From positions 1 through 24,249 of IMG/VR virus record IMGVR_UViG_3300014656_000137: a stretch of DNA of 24,249 nt; one strand, written 5' to 3'. Of this stretch, positions 8,241 to 15,918 are shown one piece after another (the stretch's first letter is position 1; each line of letters opens with the position of its first letter). This DNA is from a virus. Lineage: Duplodnaviria > Caudoviricetes. Under the pieces are notes generated by a model that made no database searches, was not told the DNA's origin, and saw only the letters and a program-made list of their open reading frames with translations. Position numbers and translations under genes: made by a program.

Positions 8241-8491
8241 GATTCCACCTTCCCTACGTCTTCCCACTCCTCCGGGGTGAGATCATTCGCCCCGAATGGA
8301 TATCCTGCAAAGCGGAGGAGCCTGAGCCTCAGTAATTTTATGGTATATGGATTCAATTCCAGGTCCTCGATCGTCCGTTTCTTTTCGCAGTGCTCACAGG
8401 CCCAGTCCAAATTGTCTCCAAACTCGGCCCGGCATTTACCCTGCTCCTCTTCATTGCAGACCCCCCGGCGTATGGCCAGGAGATCTTCCAT
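8216..8491 (-). CDS. Tail assembly chaperone C-terminal extension (lambda gpT-like frame), Cys-containing
   Basis: -1 frame relative to the upstream chaperone. Slippery A AAA AAC immediately before its stop. Located just before the TMP. Confidence 0.75.
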   Translation of the reverse strand: MEDLLAIRRGVCNEEEQGKCRAEFGDNLDWACEHCEKKRTIEDLELNPYTIKLLRLRLLRFAGYPFGANDLTPEEWEDVGKVESWLRIPEL

Positions 8492-8898
8492 TAGTTTTTT
8501 TCAGGGTCCTCCTCCTCGTCATCACCAGTCTCCGTCGATCTTTCGAAGACGTGGATGGCCAGCGCCTCTATGATATCCGGGGCATACTGTTTAATCACCT
8601 CTTTCCACTCCGGCCAGTAATGCTCGGACGTTTTATCGCTCGCCATCGGCACGTAACGGTCCCCGTCCATCCTCTCGAAATCGCCGGTCCTGAAACCCTC
8701 CAGGATTTCCGCCCCGAGCTTCTGGCGCGTCTCTCCGAACTGGATCACGATCTTGTTCTTCTTCCTCTGGGTCAGCTCATTGGTATACCGGATAGCCTCC
8801 TTCGATGTCGGCATCCGGTAATGGAGCAGGATCCGGCTCCCCGATATATTATCCTCAATCCACAGCTCGTTGAGTTCGTCGCTTAATCGTCGTGGCAT
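8491..8898 (-). CDS. Tail assembly chaperone (lambda gpG-like)
   Basis: Between tube and TMP. Acidic end DDEEEDPEKN encoded by ...GAA AAA AAC TAA. AAGGAG RBS. Confidence 0.8.
   Translation of the reverse strand: MPRRLSDELNELWIEDNISGSRILLHYRMPTSKEAIRYTNELTQRKKNKIVIQFGETRQKLGAEILEGFRTGDFERMDGDRYVPMASDKTSEHYWPEWKEVIKQYAPDIIEALAIHVFERSTETGDDEEEDPEKN
8494..8500 (-). promoter_or_regulatory. Programmed -1 ribosomal frameshift heptamer A AAA AAC
   Basis: X XXY YYZ motif in the correct phase. A -1 shift reads ...EKKLMEDLL into the 8216-8491 frame. Confidence 0.8.
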
Positions 8899-8916
8899 GG
8901 TTTGCTCCTTTCAGTC

Positions 8917-8975
8917 GCCGTGTCCGTGGTCCGTGATTTCTCTTTGACGGCCACGTGACACGGTTCACGGTCACG
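8917..8975. repeat. Imperfect inverted repeat built from GTGTCCGT-family units (possible mRNA hairpin)
   Basis: ccgtgtccgtggtccgt...acggccacgtgacacgg between the tube and chaperone genes. Confidence 0.55.
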
Positions 8976-8979
8976 ATTT

Positions 8980-10668
8980 TTACGCCGCGTATGTCGACTG
9001 CAAATTTTTCACCCGCGCGATCACCGATCCAAAAGTACTGTCCTCCAGGACCCGCAGGTCCCCGGCCTCGGCAAGCCGCTTGCCGTCCACCGATATGGGC
9101 GCGGCGATGATGCTCACCGCCGGGAAGACCAGCTCCACCTGGTAGTAATGCGGGTTATCCGCCAGGGCGCCCTTGGCCAGGATGTAGAGCCCCAGCTCGT
9201 CATTGTCGTCGATATGCTGCTGCAGGATATATTCGCGAAACTCCCTGTCCAGCTTGATGGTCTGCGCCCTGCCTTCGCGAAGCGCCCTGGATGCGTAGGC
9301 CGCCCCGGCCCCCGGCGTAAACTCGGGCTCGATCTTGTTTTGACAGGTCCACTCGATCTGCTTGATCTCCGCCGTCATCTCGCGCCCGCCCTGGAAACTG
9401 CACACGCTCACATCATCCACGTACCAGTCTCCGGAGATGCTCGCCCCGCTGTCGATCTTGATGTAGGCCCCTGCGCCGCCTGCCGTCTCGGTGTAGGAAA
9501 AGACAATCTTGTTCCAGGTGTCCTGCGTAACGGTAAAGGACTGGTCGAAGATGTCCGCGCTGTTCGCGCCGTTGCGAACGGTGACGGTCACGGTCGTGCC
9601 GTCGTCCGGATAGACCCAGAGCGAGACAAGGTAGTTGCTCCCGGTCACCGTCGTAAAGACATTCCCCTGGATCCCTTCATTGGCGGCGTCCGGCGTGAAC
9701 TTCCGGCTGTAGGTCCCGCCGTGCACCTGGGTGGCTGACCGCGCGTTGGCCGCCGGCGTCCCGACATCCGCCCAGTTGCTGTCCGCCTCCATCGTGCCGT
9801 TGGTGACATACTCGATATAGGCCCCGCCCAGCTTGAGCGTCATCTCCGAGATCCTGAGCGGCGTCTCGGTCACCCGTGCGGGAAACGTCATCCAGCCCGT
9901 CTCCTTGACAATATAATCGGCCTCGTATGTAATGCTTGCCCCGGCGCCCCCGACCGACGTGATGGTAATCACTGCCGGTGTAGCGGCGGACACGGCCGAG
10001 TATGCCACGTCACGCCATGCGCTGTTATAATAGGCCCGGATACGCTGGACGTTTGCAAGCCGCGTGGCCGCATCGGATCCCTCCACGGCATTGGCTGTCA
10101 GCGTCAATGAGGTCACATTGTCATTCGCAGTTATGGATTCGTTCACTGCATTGTCCGCGACCAGCCCCGTGCCCCGAATGGTGGCCGACAATTTCAGCCA
10201 ATCATCACGGCTGAACGTGGCCTTGAAATCGCTCACGAACATGGAGGCAAACCGTCGCTTGAGCACCGTCTTGCCGAACCGCTGCGCGGCCGTAAAGGAC
10301 GGGTTTGAGCGGTCGGCGTCCAGGTCTCCGGCAATGGGCAGGCACTCGTGCTCGTAGGCCGAGCCGATGGCGGAGCTATTGCAGGTACCCAGGGCATACG
10401 CCATGATAAAGGCAAAATGCTGAGGCTGAGCCTTGGGGAAGTTGAGCTCTCCCCCCGCCTTGTTTCCCAGGGCATAGACCAGGTCCGGCTCTTCGTATCC
10501 CGTAGCCTCGTCCTCGTTGGGCTCCCGCCTGGGCTCAAGGTTGATCACGTCTGTCAAGGCTGCCAGCAGCGTCACGTCCAGGGTTTGCACCGTGTTGATG
10601 GCCGTCTCCCGGCTGTTGGCCGAAACGGCAATCATGTTGTGGGTTGCCATGAAATTTCGAGTGCTCAT
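8980..10668 (-). CDS. Major tail (tube) protein with an inserted CBM4/9-like carbohydrate-binding domain
   Basis: Position before the chaperones and tube-like N- and C-terminal parts. Insert at about 9400-9811 with VTNGTME...W...VHGGTYS...YLVSLWVY...W...WYVDDVSV. Confidence 0.8.
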   Translation of the reverse strand: MSTRNFMATHNMIAVSANSRETAINTVQTLDVTLLAALTDVINLEPRREPNEDEATGYEEPDLVYALGNKAGGELNFPKAQPQHFAFIMAYALGTCNSSAIGSAYEHECLPIAGDLDADRSNPSFTAAQRFGKTVLKRRFASMFVSDFKATFSRDDWLKLSATIRGTGLVADNAVNESITANDNVTSLTLTANAVEGSDAATRLANVQRIRAYYNSAWRDVAYSAVSAATPAVITITSVGGAGASITYEADYIVKETGWMTFPARVTETPLRISEMTLKLGGAYIEYVTNGTMEADSNWADVGTPAANARSATQVHGGTYSRKFTPDAANEGIQGNVFTTVTGSNYLVSLWVYPDDGTTVTVTVRNGANSADIFDQSFTVTQDTWNKIVFSYTETAGGAGAYIKIDSGASISGDWYVDDVSVCSFQGGREMTAEIKQIEWTCQNKIEPEFTPGAGAAYASRALREGRAQTIKLDREFREYILQQHIDDNDELGLYILAKGALADNPHYYQVELVFPAVSIIAAPISVDGKRLAEAGDLRVLEDSTFGSVIARVKNLQSTYAA

Positions 10669-10692
10669 AATATAATTTTCCTCCGAAAAATT

Positions 10693-10878
10693 TTATACCG
10701 CGCGGCTCCGCCGCTTGCTTTCCTTTTCCGCCGGCATTGCCGGACTGACCGGCTCAAATTTCTTCGCCTCCTCAAGCGGGATCTCCGCGTATTCCTTGCC
10801 TTTTTCGAATTTTCTCCCCGCAAAAGGCCCGTCCACCACCTGAAACCCCTCAACGCTTTTTTTTAATTGATAAGCCAT
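10693..10878 (-). CDS. Small hypothetical protein preceding the tail tube
   Basis: MAYQLKKSVEGFQVVDGPFAGRKFEKGKEYAEIP..., fills the gap between the terminator and tube genes. Confidence 0.65.
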   Translation of the reverse strand: MAYQLKKSVEGFQVVDGPFAGRKFEKGKEYAEIPLEEAKKFEPVSPAMPAEKESKRRSRAV

Positions 10879-10906
10879 AATTTTCATTCCCTTTATTCCC
10901 GTCCCG

Positions 10907-11344
10907 CTAAGGATACTCAACATCATATTCGTACTGGATGCGCACTTGTATATCGAAATATCCTACTGGATCATGGGCACCGCCCTCGTATACCGTGCCA
11001 TCGTCAATAAATGTGAAGGCATAATATGACCAGGCTGTCGAAGACATAAGCCTCTGCTCCACCGCCTGCATAAGATCGTCAAGGTTGTCATAATCTCCTG
11101 GCTGGATATCCACATAACCATATATAAGTATAGAAAGTTCCCGCTCCGCCCATCCGCCTGCCAGGTCTTTCCGCATCAATTTCGTGTTCGTGAACCCCAG
11201 CGCCGGTCGGTTCGGCATCTCATCGGGGAGGTGTATCCCGCGCTTGACCTCGTTCACCCCGATGGCGTATCCGTTGGCCACCGTGACGCCCTCCAGGCAG
11301 GTCTTGAGCGCTTTCAGAATGGTCTCCCGGTTCGATGCCGCCAT
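10907..11344 (-). CDS. Tail terminator/completion protein (lambda gpU-like)
   Basis: Size and position. RETILKALKT-L N-terminus and LDDLMQAVE motif. TGATG overlap with the upstream gene. Confidence 0.7.
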   Translation of the reverse strand: MAASNRETILKALKTCLEGVTVANGYAIGVNEVKRGIHLPDEMPNRPALGFTNTKLMRKDLAGGWAERELSILIYGYVDIQPGDYDNLDDLMQAVEQRLMSSTAWSYYAFTFIDDGTVYEGGAHDPVGYFDIQVRIQYEYDVEYP

Positions 11345-11796
11345 CAGATCGCCTTAAATGCCTCCTCAATCCTTTTCGTAATTATTTCCCCGATATCCTT
11401 GACATTGTCCTCCAGCGCGGGCCGCAGGTAGGGCCTTGCCGGAATGGTCACTGATTTGGCCATCCGCCACCCCACACCGGGGATATTAAACCTCAGATAC
11501 TGCGCCTGCCTGGGTTTGATCACGCCGCCCAGCTCATGGATGCGGCCGTAAATAACATTGGTTCCGATCCGTCCCACCACCTTGTTTCCCTCGATCTTCA
11601 CATCATGGGTGATGCTGTTTCTAAGCCTGCCCGTCCTCCGCTGGAGCACCCGGCCCGAAAGATTGAGCCGCGCGTCCCGATCGGCCAGGACCATGCCCTT
11701 TTTCATGCCCTTGTAGATGGCGGGCTTAACCAGCTCCGGCATCTTTTTCAGCAGCGCTTTCGATTTCTCGCTCAGCTTCAGCTCTATTTTCAACAT
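11344..11796 (-). CDS. HK97 gp10-like neck/virion morphogenesis protein
   Basis: RTGRLRNSI...IGTNVIYGRIHELGG...IPARPYLRPAL motifs. Confidence 0.88.
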   Translation of the reverse strand: MLKIELKLSEKSKALLKKMPELVKPAIYKGMKKGMVLADRDARLNLSGRVLQRRTGRLRNSITHDVKIEGNKVVGRIGTNVIYGRIHELGGVIKPRQAQYLRFNIPGVGWRMAKSVTIPARPYLRPALEDNVKDIGEIITKRIEEAFKAI

Positions 11797-11798
11797 CT

Positions 11799-11822
11799 GT
11801 AGGAGCAACCTCCTGGTTGCGA
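11799..11822 (+). repeat. GTAG-type REP palindrome
   Basis: GTAGGA GCAACC TCCT GGTTGC GA, filling the intergenic gap. Confidence 0.8.
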
Positions 11823-11826
11823 TTGC

Positions 11827-12441
11827 CTAAACCGCAAACCGCCTTTTATGCCTGTTTAAGACCATTTTAACGGTCGCTAAAAGGTCCTTTGTCGTGTACG
11901 ATATTGACCCGTCGGGCATGGTCTTGGCCGATACGCCCAGCAGGGCGCTGCCCGCACCCGACTCCCGGAACGCCCAGGCCGCCTGCTCGATGCAGGCCTG
12001 TTCCAGGTCCTCCGGCACGGTGCTGTATCCGGCGTTATAGACCAGCTCCACGTTCCGCAGGCCTTTTCCGAAGATATATCCGGCCAGTCGGATGATGCCG
12101 CTTGCCTTGTCCAGCACGTAGCCCGACTGGTTGACGCCCCCCCGCGCGTCGATCTCCATCGTGTCCACCCGCAGGGTGGTCAGGGAATTGATGGGGAACT
12201 GGGGCGCCGGAATGGCATCCCGCCCGTTGCCGTCGATGGTCGCGTTGTCCGAATCATAGGCGGCGGCCGTGCTGATGTAGCTGTAATCCCTGGCCTTCAG
12301 CTTGCGGTTTGTAAAATTCTCAAACAGCTCTGTGGTCCGATCGATAAGATTCTCCAGCAGCGTGTCATGCGTTGCAACCGACAGATTGAGATACGATTTA
12401 AGGTTTGCCGATGATGTCAGGGCGTATGTTCCGACTCCCAT
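11827..12441 (-). CDS. Head-tail connector (HK97 gp6/SPP1 gp15-like adaptor)
   Basis: LKSYL...DTLLENLI...FENFTNRKL...VELVYNAGYSTVPEDLEQAC pattern and position after the capsid genes. Confidence 0.85.
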   Translation of the reverse strand: MGVGTYALTSSANLKSYLNLSVATHDTLLENLIDRTTELFENFTNRKLKARDYSYISTAAAYDSDNATIDGNGRDAIPAPQFPINSLTTLRVDTMEIDARGGVNQSGYVLDKASGIIRLAGYIFGKGLRNVELVYNAGYSTVPEDLEQACIEQAAWAFRESGAGSALLGVSAKTMPDGSISYTTKDLLATVKMVLNRHKRRFAV

Positions 12442-12488
12442 AATAAAATTTTCCTTCGTAAAATTTTATATAACGCGACTCCGTCGCT

Positions 12489-12674
12489 CTATTTCTTCTC
12501 CGGCGCCTTTTTGGCCGCCTTGTCCTCCGGAGGACCATCCGGTGCTTTTTCCTCTTCCTTCGCCGTTTTCTTCGCAAGCCCCTCCGCGATCCAGAACTTT
12601 CCGTCCGCGTCACTGGCCTCGAAGACCTCGCCGGGGTTGTGATGGTTGAACCGTTTCAATGCCTTTAAAAACAT
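12489..12674 (-). CDS. Small capsid-adjacent protein
   Basis: PGEVFE...WIAEGLA core with a PPEDKA Lys-rich tail, typical of small post-capsid genes. GGGAGG RBS. Confidence 0.7.
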   Translation of the reverse strand: MFLKALKRFNHHNPGEVFEASDADGKFWIAEGLAKKTAKEEEKAPDGPPEDKAAKKAPEKK

Positions 12675-12698
12675 AGCCGTATCCTCCCTTTTTTTAAG

Positions 12699-12720
12699 CG
12701 CCCCCTTTGTCAGGGGGCGC
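12699..12720. other. GC-rich hairpin (possible terminator or mRNA stabiliser)
   Basis: cgccccct-ttgtc-agggggcg. No long U-tract follows on the coding strand. Confidence 0.45.
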
Positions 12721-12750
12721 GTTGCATAAAATCCGCATCAGCGCATTTTA

Positions 12751-13518
12751 TTATTTGTACCCCACCGTTACTGTATGGATCGTCACGCCCGTGGTGGCGT
12801 CCTGGTTTACGACGAAAATCGGGCTCCCCTTACTCGCTGCGAATAAACCTGTATTATTGTCTTTGGCTGTATTCGAGTTAGCGGTTGTGATCGGCATGGT
12901 TCCGATTTTGACTAACGGAAAAACCCTCGCCCCCACTGGATATGTAACTCCGGAAAGGTTCGGCGTGTTGCCTGCAGGTGAACCCATGTTGCTCGCGCCG
13001 GCCTTGAAAATCAGGCCATACGCTCCGTTATTGAGGTTCTTTCCGTGCGCCAGCTCGGCCCACCCGCAATTTCCGGCGCCGTTATCGATAACGACGTAAC
13101 TGACCCCGGAAGTTACCTGAGTCATACTGGCATCGGCAACCCTGGCCTGGACGGTCGTTCCTCCGCAATAGGCCGTGAGTAGAGTGGTATACGTGGTGAC
13201 GTTGCTGATGTAGGCATAGACGTCCACCGGGTCCCCGTCTGTATTGCCGGTTGCCTCGATATAATAAATCACCGGCTGAGCATTGCTGTCATAGGGAAAC
13301 GCCACGCCCCTGGTGTAGCTCCCCGCTCCGTCCGTGCCGGTTAACGTAGTGGCAAGGGGTGGTGTCGCCGTCCAAACCCTATCCCCCTGCTGCCCGGCCA
13401 GCGCATCCGTATTTTTCTGCGGGTTATATATGGCAATGAGCCCGATGATCAAAAAAACGATCATCACGAGCAGTCCCGCCAGTGAAAAGCCCTTGTTCCG
13501 TTTAATAAGATTTCCCAT
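12751..13518 (-). CDS. Exported or membrane-anchored protein in the capsid-decoration slot, with a prepilin-like leader
   Basis: KRNKG-FSLAGLLVMIVFLIIGLIAI leader and a later ALA site. Thr/Gly-rich beta-type body. AGGAGG RBS. Confidence 0.65.
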   Translation of the reverse strand: MGNLIKRNKGFSLAGLLVMIVFLIIGLIAIYNPQKNTDALAGQQGDRVWTATPPLATTLTGTDGAGSYTRGVAFPYDSNAQPVIYYIEATGNTDGDPVDVYAYISNVTTYTTLLTAYCGGTTVQARVADASMTQVTSGVSYVVIDNGAGNCGWAELAHGKNLNNGAYGLIFKAGASNMGSPAGNTPNLSGVTYPVGARVFPLVKIGTMPITTANSNTAKDNNTGLFAASKGSPIFVVNQDATTGVTIHTVTVGYK

Positions 13519-13622
13519 CTTGATCCTCCTCTAAATTTCTATTCTGAGGCCCTGGGAGGCCCCAGGTTGCGATTTTATGTCATGGTTCTGGGTTTCCTAC
13601 GCACCGCATTGAATTCCGCCTC

Positions 13623-14849
13623 CTACTGGGTCGGGAATCCGGAGAGGATGCTAAAAACCGACTCCTTGCTGATCTGGAACCCCTTCCGGAACTCGGCCAG
13701 GAAAATGGTCTGGTTCGTGGGGAATCCGTCGCCCCAGGGGTTGGCCTTGATCACGATCTGGTTCCGCGAGCCCACGTACCCGTAATTGGCAAAATCCCCC
13801 GCGTAGACCTTGGTCTTGTCCGAGTTCGTGCCGCTGGTCGTGGTGATATTGTTGTCTCTGCGCCACGGCTCGCCCCAGAGGCTCCCCACCCCTTTCGGAT
13901 CGAGCGGCCTCTTGTAGACGTACTGCCCGTCGTTGTCCTTAACCTTGAGGAGCACGCGCTCCGCCTTGGTGTGGCCCAGGATGTCAATGGTGGTCGTGCC
14001 CCCGTCGGTGTTGTCGAGGCATGAATAAATCAGGTCCACGATGTCGTCGAAATCGGCAAGGGCGCCGGTGGTCAGCAGGTTGGTTGTGACCAGCGAGTCC
14101 AGGCCGTAAACCGGGTCCGTGGCCGCGCCCGTGCCACCGAGGCAGGCGATATCGAAATACTTGCCCAGGGTCTTCCCGAAGATGTTATAGAGGACCTGGT
14201 CGATGCTCGGGTCGCTGTCGTCTAAGAGCTGGTTACTGACGTAAACCAGTATGGCCAGGACGTGGGTGGTGATCGTCATTGCCGCGAAGGTGGGCGAGCT
14301 TTCCACCTTTGCCCCCGTTGCCTGGGTGCTCGGAATGGCCGTCTGGGCCTCCGGGATCCAGTAGGCGGTCAGCCCGCTCGTGAGGGTCGGGAAGGTGATC
14401 TGGTTGGTCCGCATAGGCACCGCCTGGCAGAGCCCCTCTATCACGGCCCAGTTGGTGGTGAGATCCAGCAGGATCCGGGCCTCCTCCGTGGGCACCAGGT
14501 ACCCGCCCGCCGAATCGGTCGCCTCGTAAAGGCTCTTGCGGGCCTCCGGGGCGAGGGCCGCCAGGTATTTGGGATTGATGCCGGTGACGCCCTTGATGAA
14601 CGCCGATTCTGTGTTTTTCGTGAATAGCGCCGGGGCCCCCTTGCTCACCCGCACCAGGTCTCCCAGCCATTGGCTGAACGTGACCCCCGGCCCTTTGTCC
14701 ACGGTCACGTCCCCCACGATGACCTGGCTCTTGTTGAGAGGGGCCAGGTGGGCCTTGAGCTTGTCGTCGATTATCTTGCCGATGGTGTCCTCGTTGAACT
14801 TTTTATCGAGGGCCTGCTCGACTAACGATATGATATCCTTGATTTCCAT
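13623..14849 (-). CDS. HK97-fold major capsid protein
   Basis: DSAGGYLVPTE, VSNQLLDDS and LKVKDNDGQYVY motifs. GGAGG RBS before ATG 14849. Confidence 0.95.
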   Translation of the reverse strand: MEIKDIISLVEQALDKKFNEDTIGKIIDDKLKAHLAPLNKSQVIVGDVTVDKGPGVTFSQWLGDLVRVSKGAPALFTKNTESAFIKGVTGINPKYLAALAPEARKSLYEATDSAGGYLVPTEEARILLDLTTNWAVIEGLCQAVPMRTNQITFPTLTSGLTAYWIPEAQTAIPSTQATGAKVESSPTFAAMTITTHVLAILVYVSNQLLDDSDPSIDQVLYNIFGKTLGKYFDIACLGGTGAATDPVYGLDSLVTTNLLTTGALADFDDIVDLIYSCLDNTDGGTTTIDILGHTKAERVLLKVKDNDGQYVYKRPLDPKGVGSLWGEPWRRDNNITTTSGTNSDKTKVYAGDFANYGYVGSRNQIVIKANPWGDGFPTNQTIFLAEFRKGFQISKESVFSILSGFPTQ

Positions 14850-14886
14850 AGCTTCCTCCAATGTCCCGTTTAATGATTAATCCTGA

Positions 14887-15867
14887 TTACTCCATGATGC
14901 CGAGGTGGTATTTCAACCGACTGTCCACGGCATCAGCGATTCGCCTGTCTATGCCCTGAAGGGCCTCGGTGACGGCCTTTGTGATTGCGTCAGGGGAAAG
15001 GGTTTCTGAATGCAGAATGGGGAATTCGGAATGCGGAATGGCATCCGGTTCCGTACTCTGGGTTTCATCGGCCTCAATGGAGGCGGTTTCGTGTTGAGGG
15101 TCATGGATGCGCTCCACGTGGACCTTGCCCATGAGGATGATGAGCGCATCGAGTTTTTCGCCGATATTGTCAAGCCGCTTTTCGATCGCCTGCGGTTCAT
15201 CTAAGGGAGGCGATAACAAAAGCGGTTCGTTGTTTTCGTGTCCGTTGTCCGTTGTCCGTTGTCCGTTGCTCGTCCCGGCGGAGCCGCCAGGCGAAGCCGG
15301 ATCCGTGTCGCTCTGCGCTTCCCGCCCTGCGCTTTCCGCTCTGCGCTCTGCGCCTCCAACCTCAAACTTTTTCATCTCCTCATCGCTGATAATCCCCTGC
15401 GCCTTGGCCGCAACCAGGGCATTCGGGTTGCTCGGGATGGTGCACGCGCTGATCTCCCACAGCTCCTGTTCCATATAGTCGTAGCCCCGGATCCCTTTTC
15501 CCCGGTCCACGATCTCGCGCCGGATGGGCCGGAAACCCACGCTGAAGGCCTTGAGGAAACCGCCCTTGTAGAGCTTCCAGATGGTCTCCGCGTAGGGGTA
15601 GGCGTCGGGCTCCGGAAACTTGGGCCTGAACATCAACCGCCCGTCCTCCACCCATATATCCTCTGCCCTGGCCACGGGAGGCTCGCTGTAGTTATGCGCC
15701 CAGGGGATGACGGGGTTTTTCAAGTAATTGTCCATGTTCCACCCCGCAGACATGATCCGATCTCCGTCGCGGTCTATATCCTCGGTGGAGGCCACGGCCA
15801 GGAACGAGCGCTCCTCGTCGTCGATGTCCTTGATCTCGATGTTCAGGGTCTTCAGTATCTTTTCCAT
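14887..15867 (-). CDS. HK97-family prohead protease with a repeat-derived C-terminal extension
   Basis: ASTEDIDRDGD, KNPVIPWAHN, FSVGF and ELWEISACTIPSNPNA motifs. AAGGAG RBS before MEKILK (15867). The longer ORF-track N-terminus overlaps the portal gene. Confidence 0.93.
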   Translation of the reverse strand: MEKILKTLNIEIKDIDDEERSFLAVASTEDIDRDGDRIMSAGWNMDNYLKNPVIPWAHNYSEPPVARAEDIWVEDGRLMFRPKFPEPDAYPYAETIWKLYKGGFLKAFSVGFRPIRREIVDRGKGIRGYDYMEQELWEISACTIPSNPNALVAAKAQGIISDEEMKKFEVGGAERRAESAGREAQSDTDPASPGGSAGTSNGQRTTDNGHENNEPLLLSPPLDEPQAIEKRLDNIGEKLDALIILMGKVHVERIHDPQHETASIEADETQSTEPDAIPHSEFPILHSETLSPDAITKAVTEALQGIDRRIADAVDSRLKYHLGIME

Positions 15868-15885
15868 TATTAGCTCCTTTTCTCT

Positions 15886-15918
15886 TCCCCCTTTGCAAAG
15901 GGGGATCGAGGGGGATTT
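15886..15918. repeat. CCCCCTTT-nn-AAAGGGGG palindromic repeat, copy 2
   Basis: tccccctttgcaaagggggatcgagggggattt, beginning at the TAA of the extended portal gene. Confidence 0.8.

Noticed and set aside
8980-10668. Contractile tail sheath, suggested by the 562-aa size
   Set aside because: No sheath motifs and no separate tube or baseplate wedge genes were recognised. The size is explained by inserted domains.
13550-13566. Hairpin cctggg-aggc-cccagg after the capsid gene as a terminator
   Set aside because: The stem is short with no U-tract on the coding strand, so its function is unsupported.
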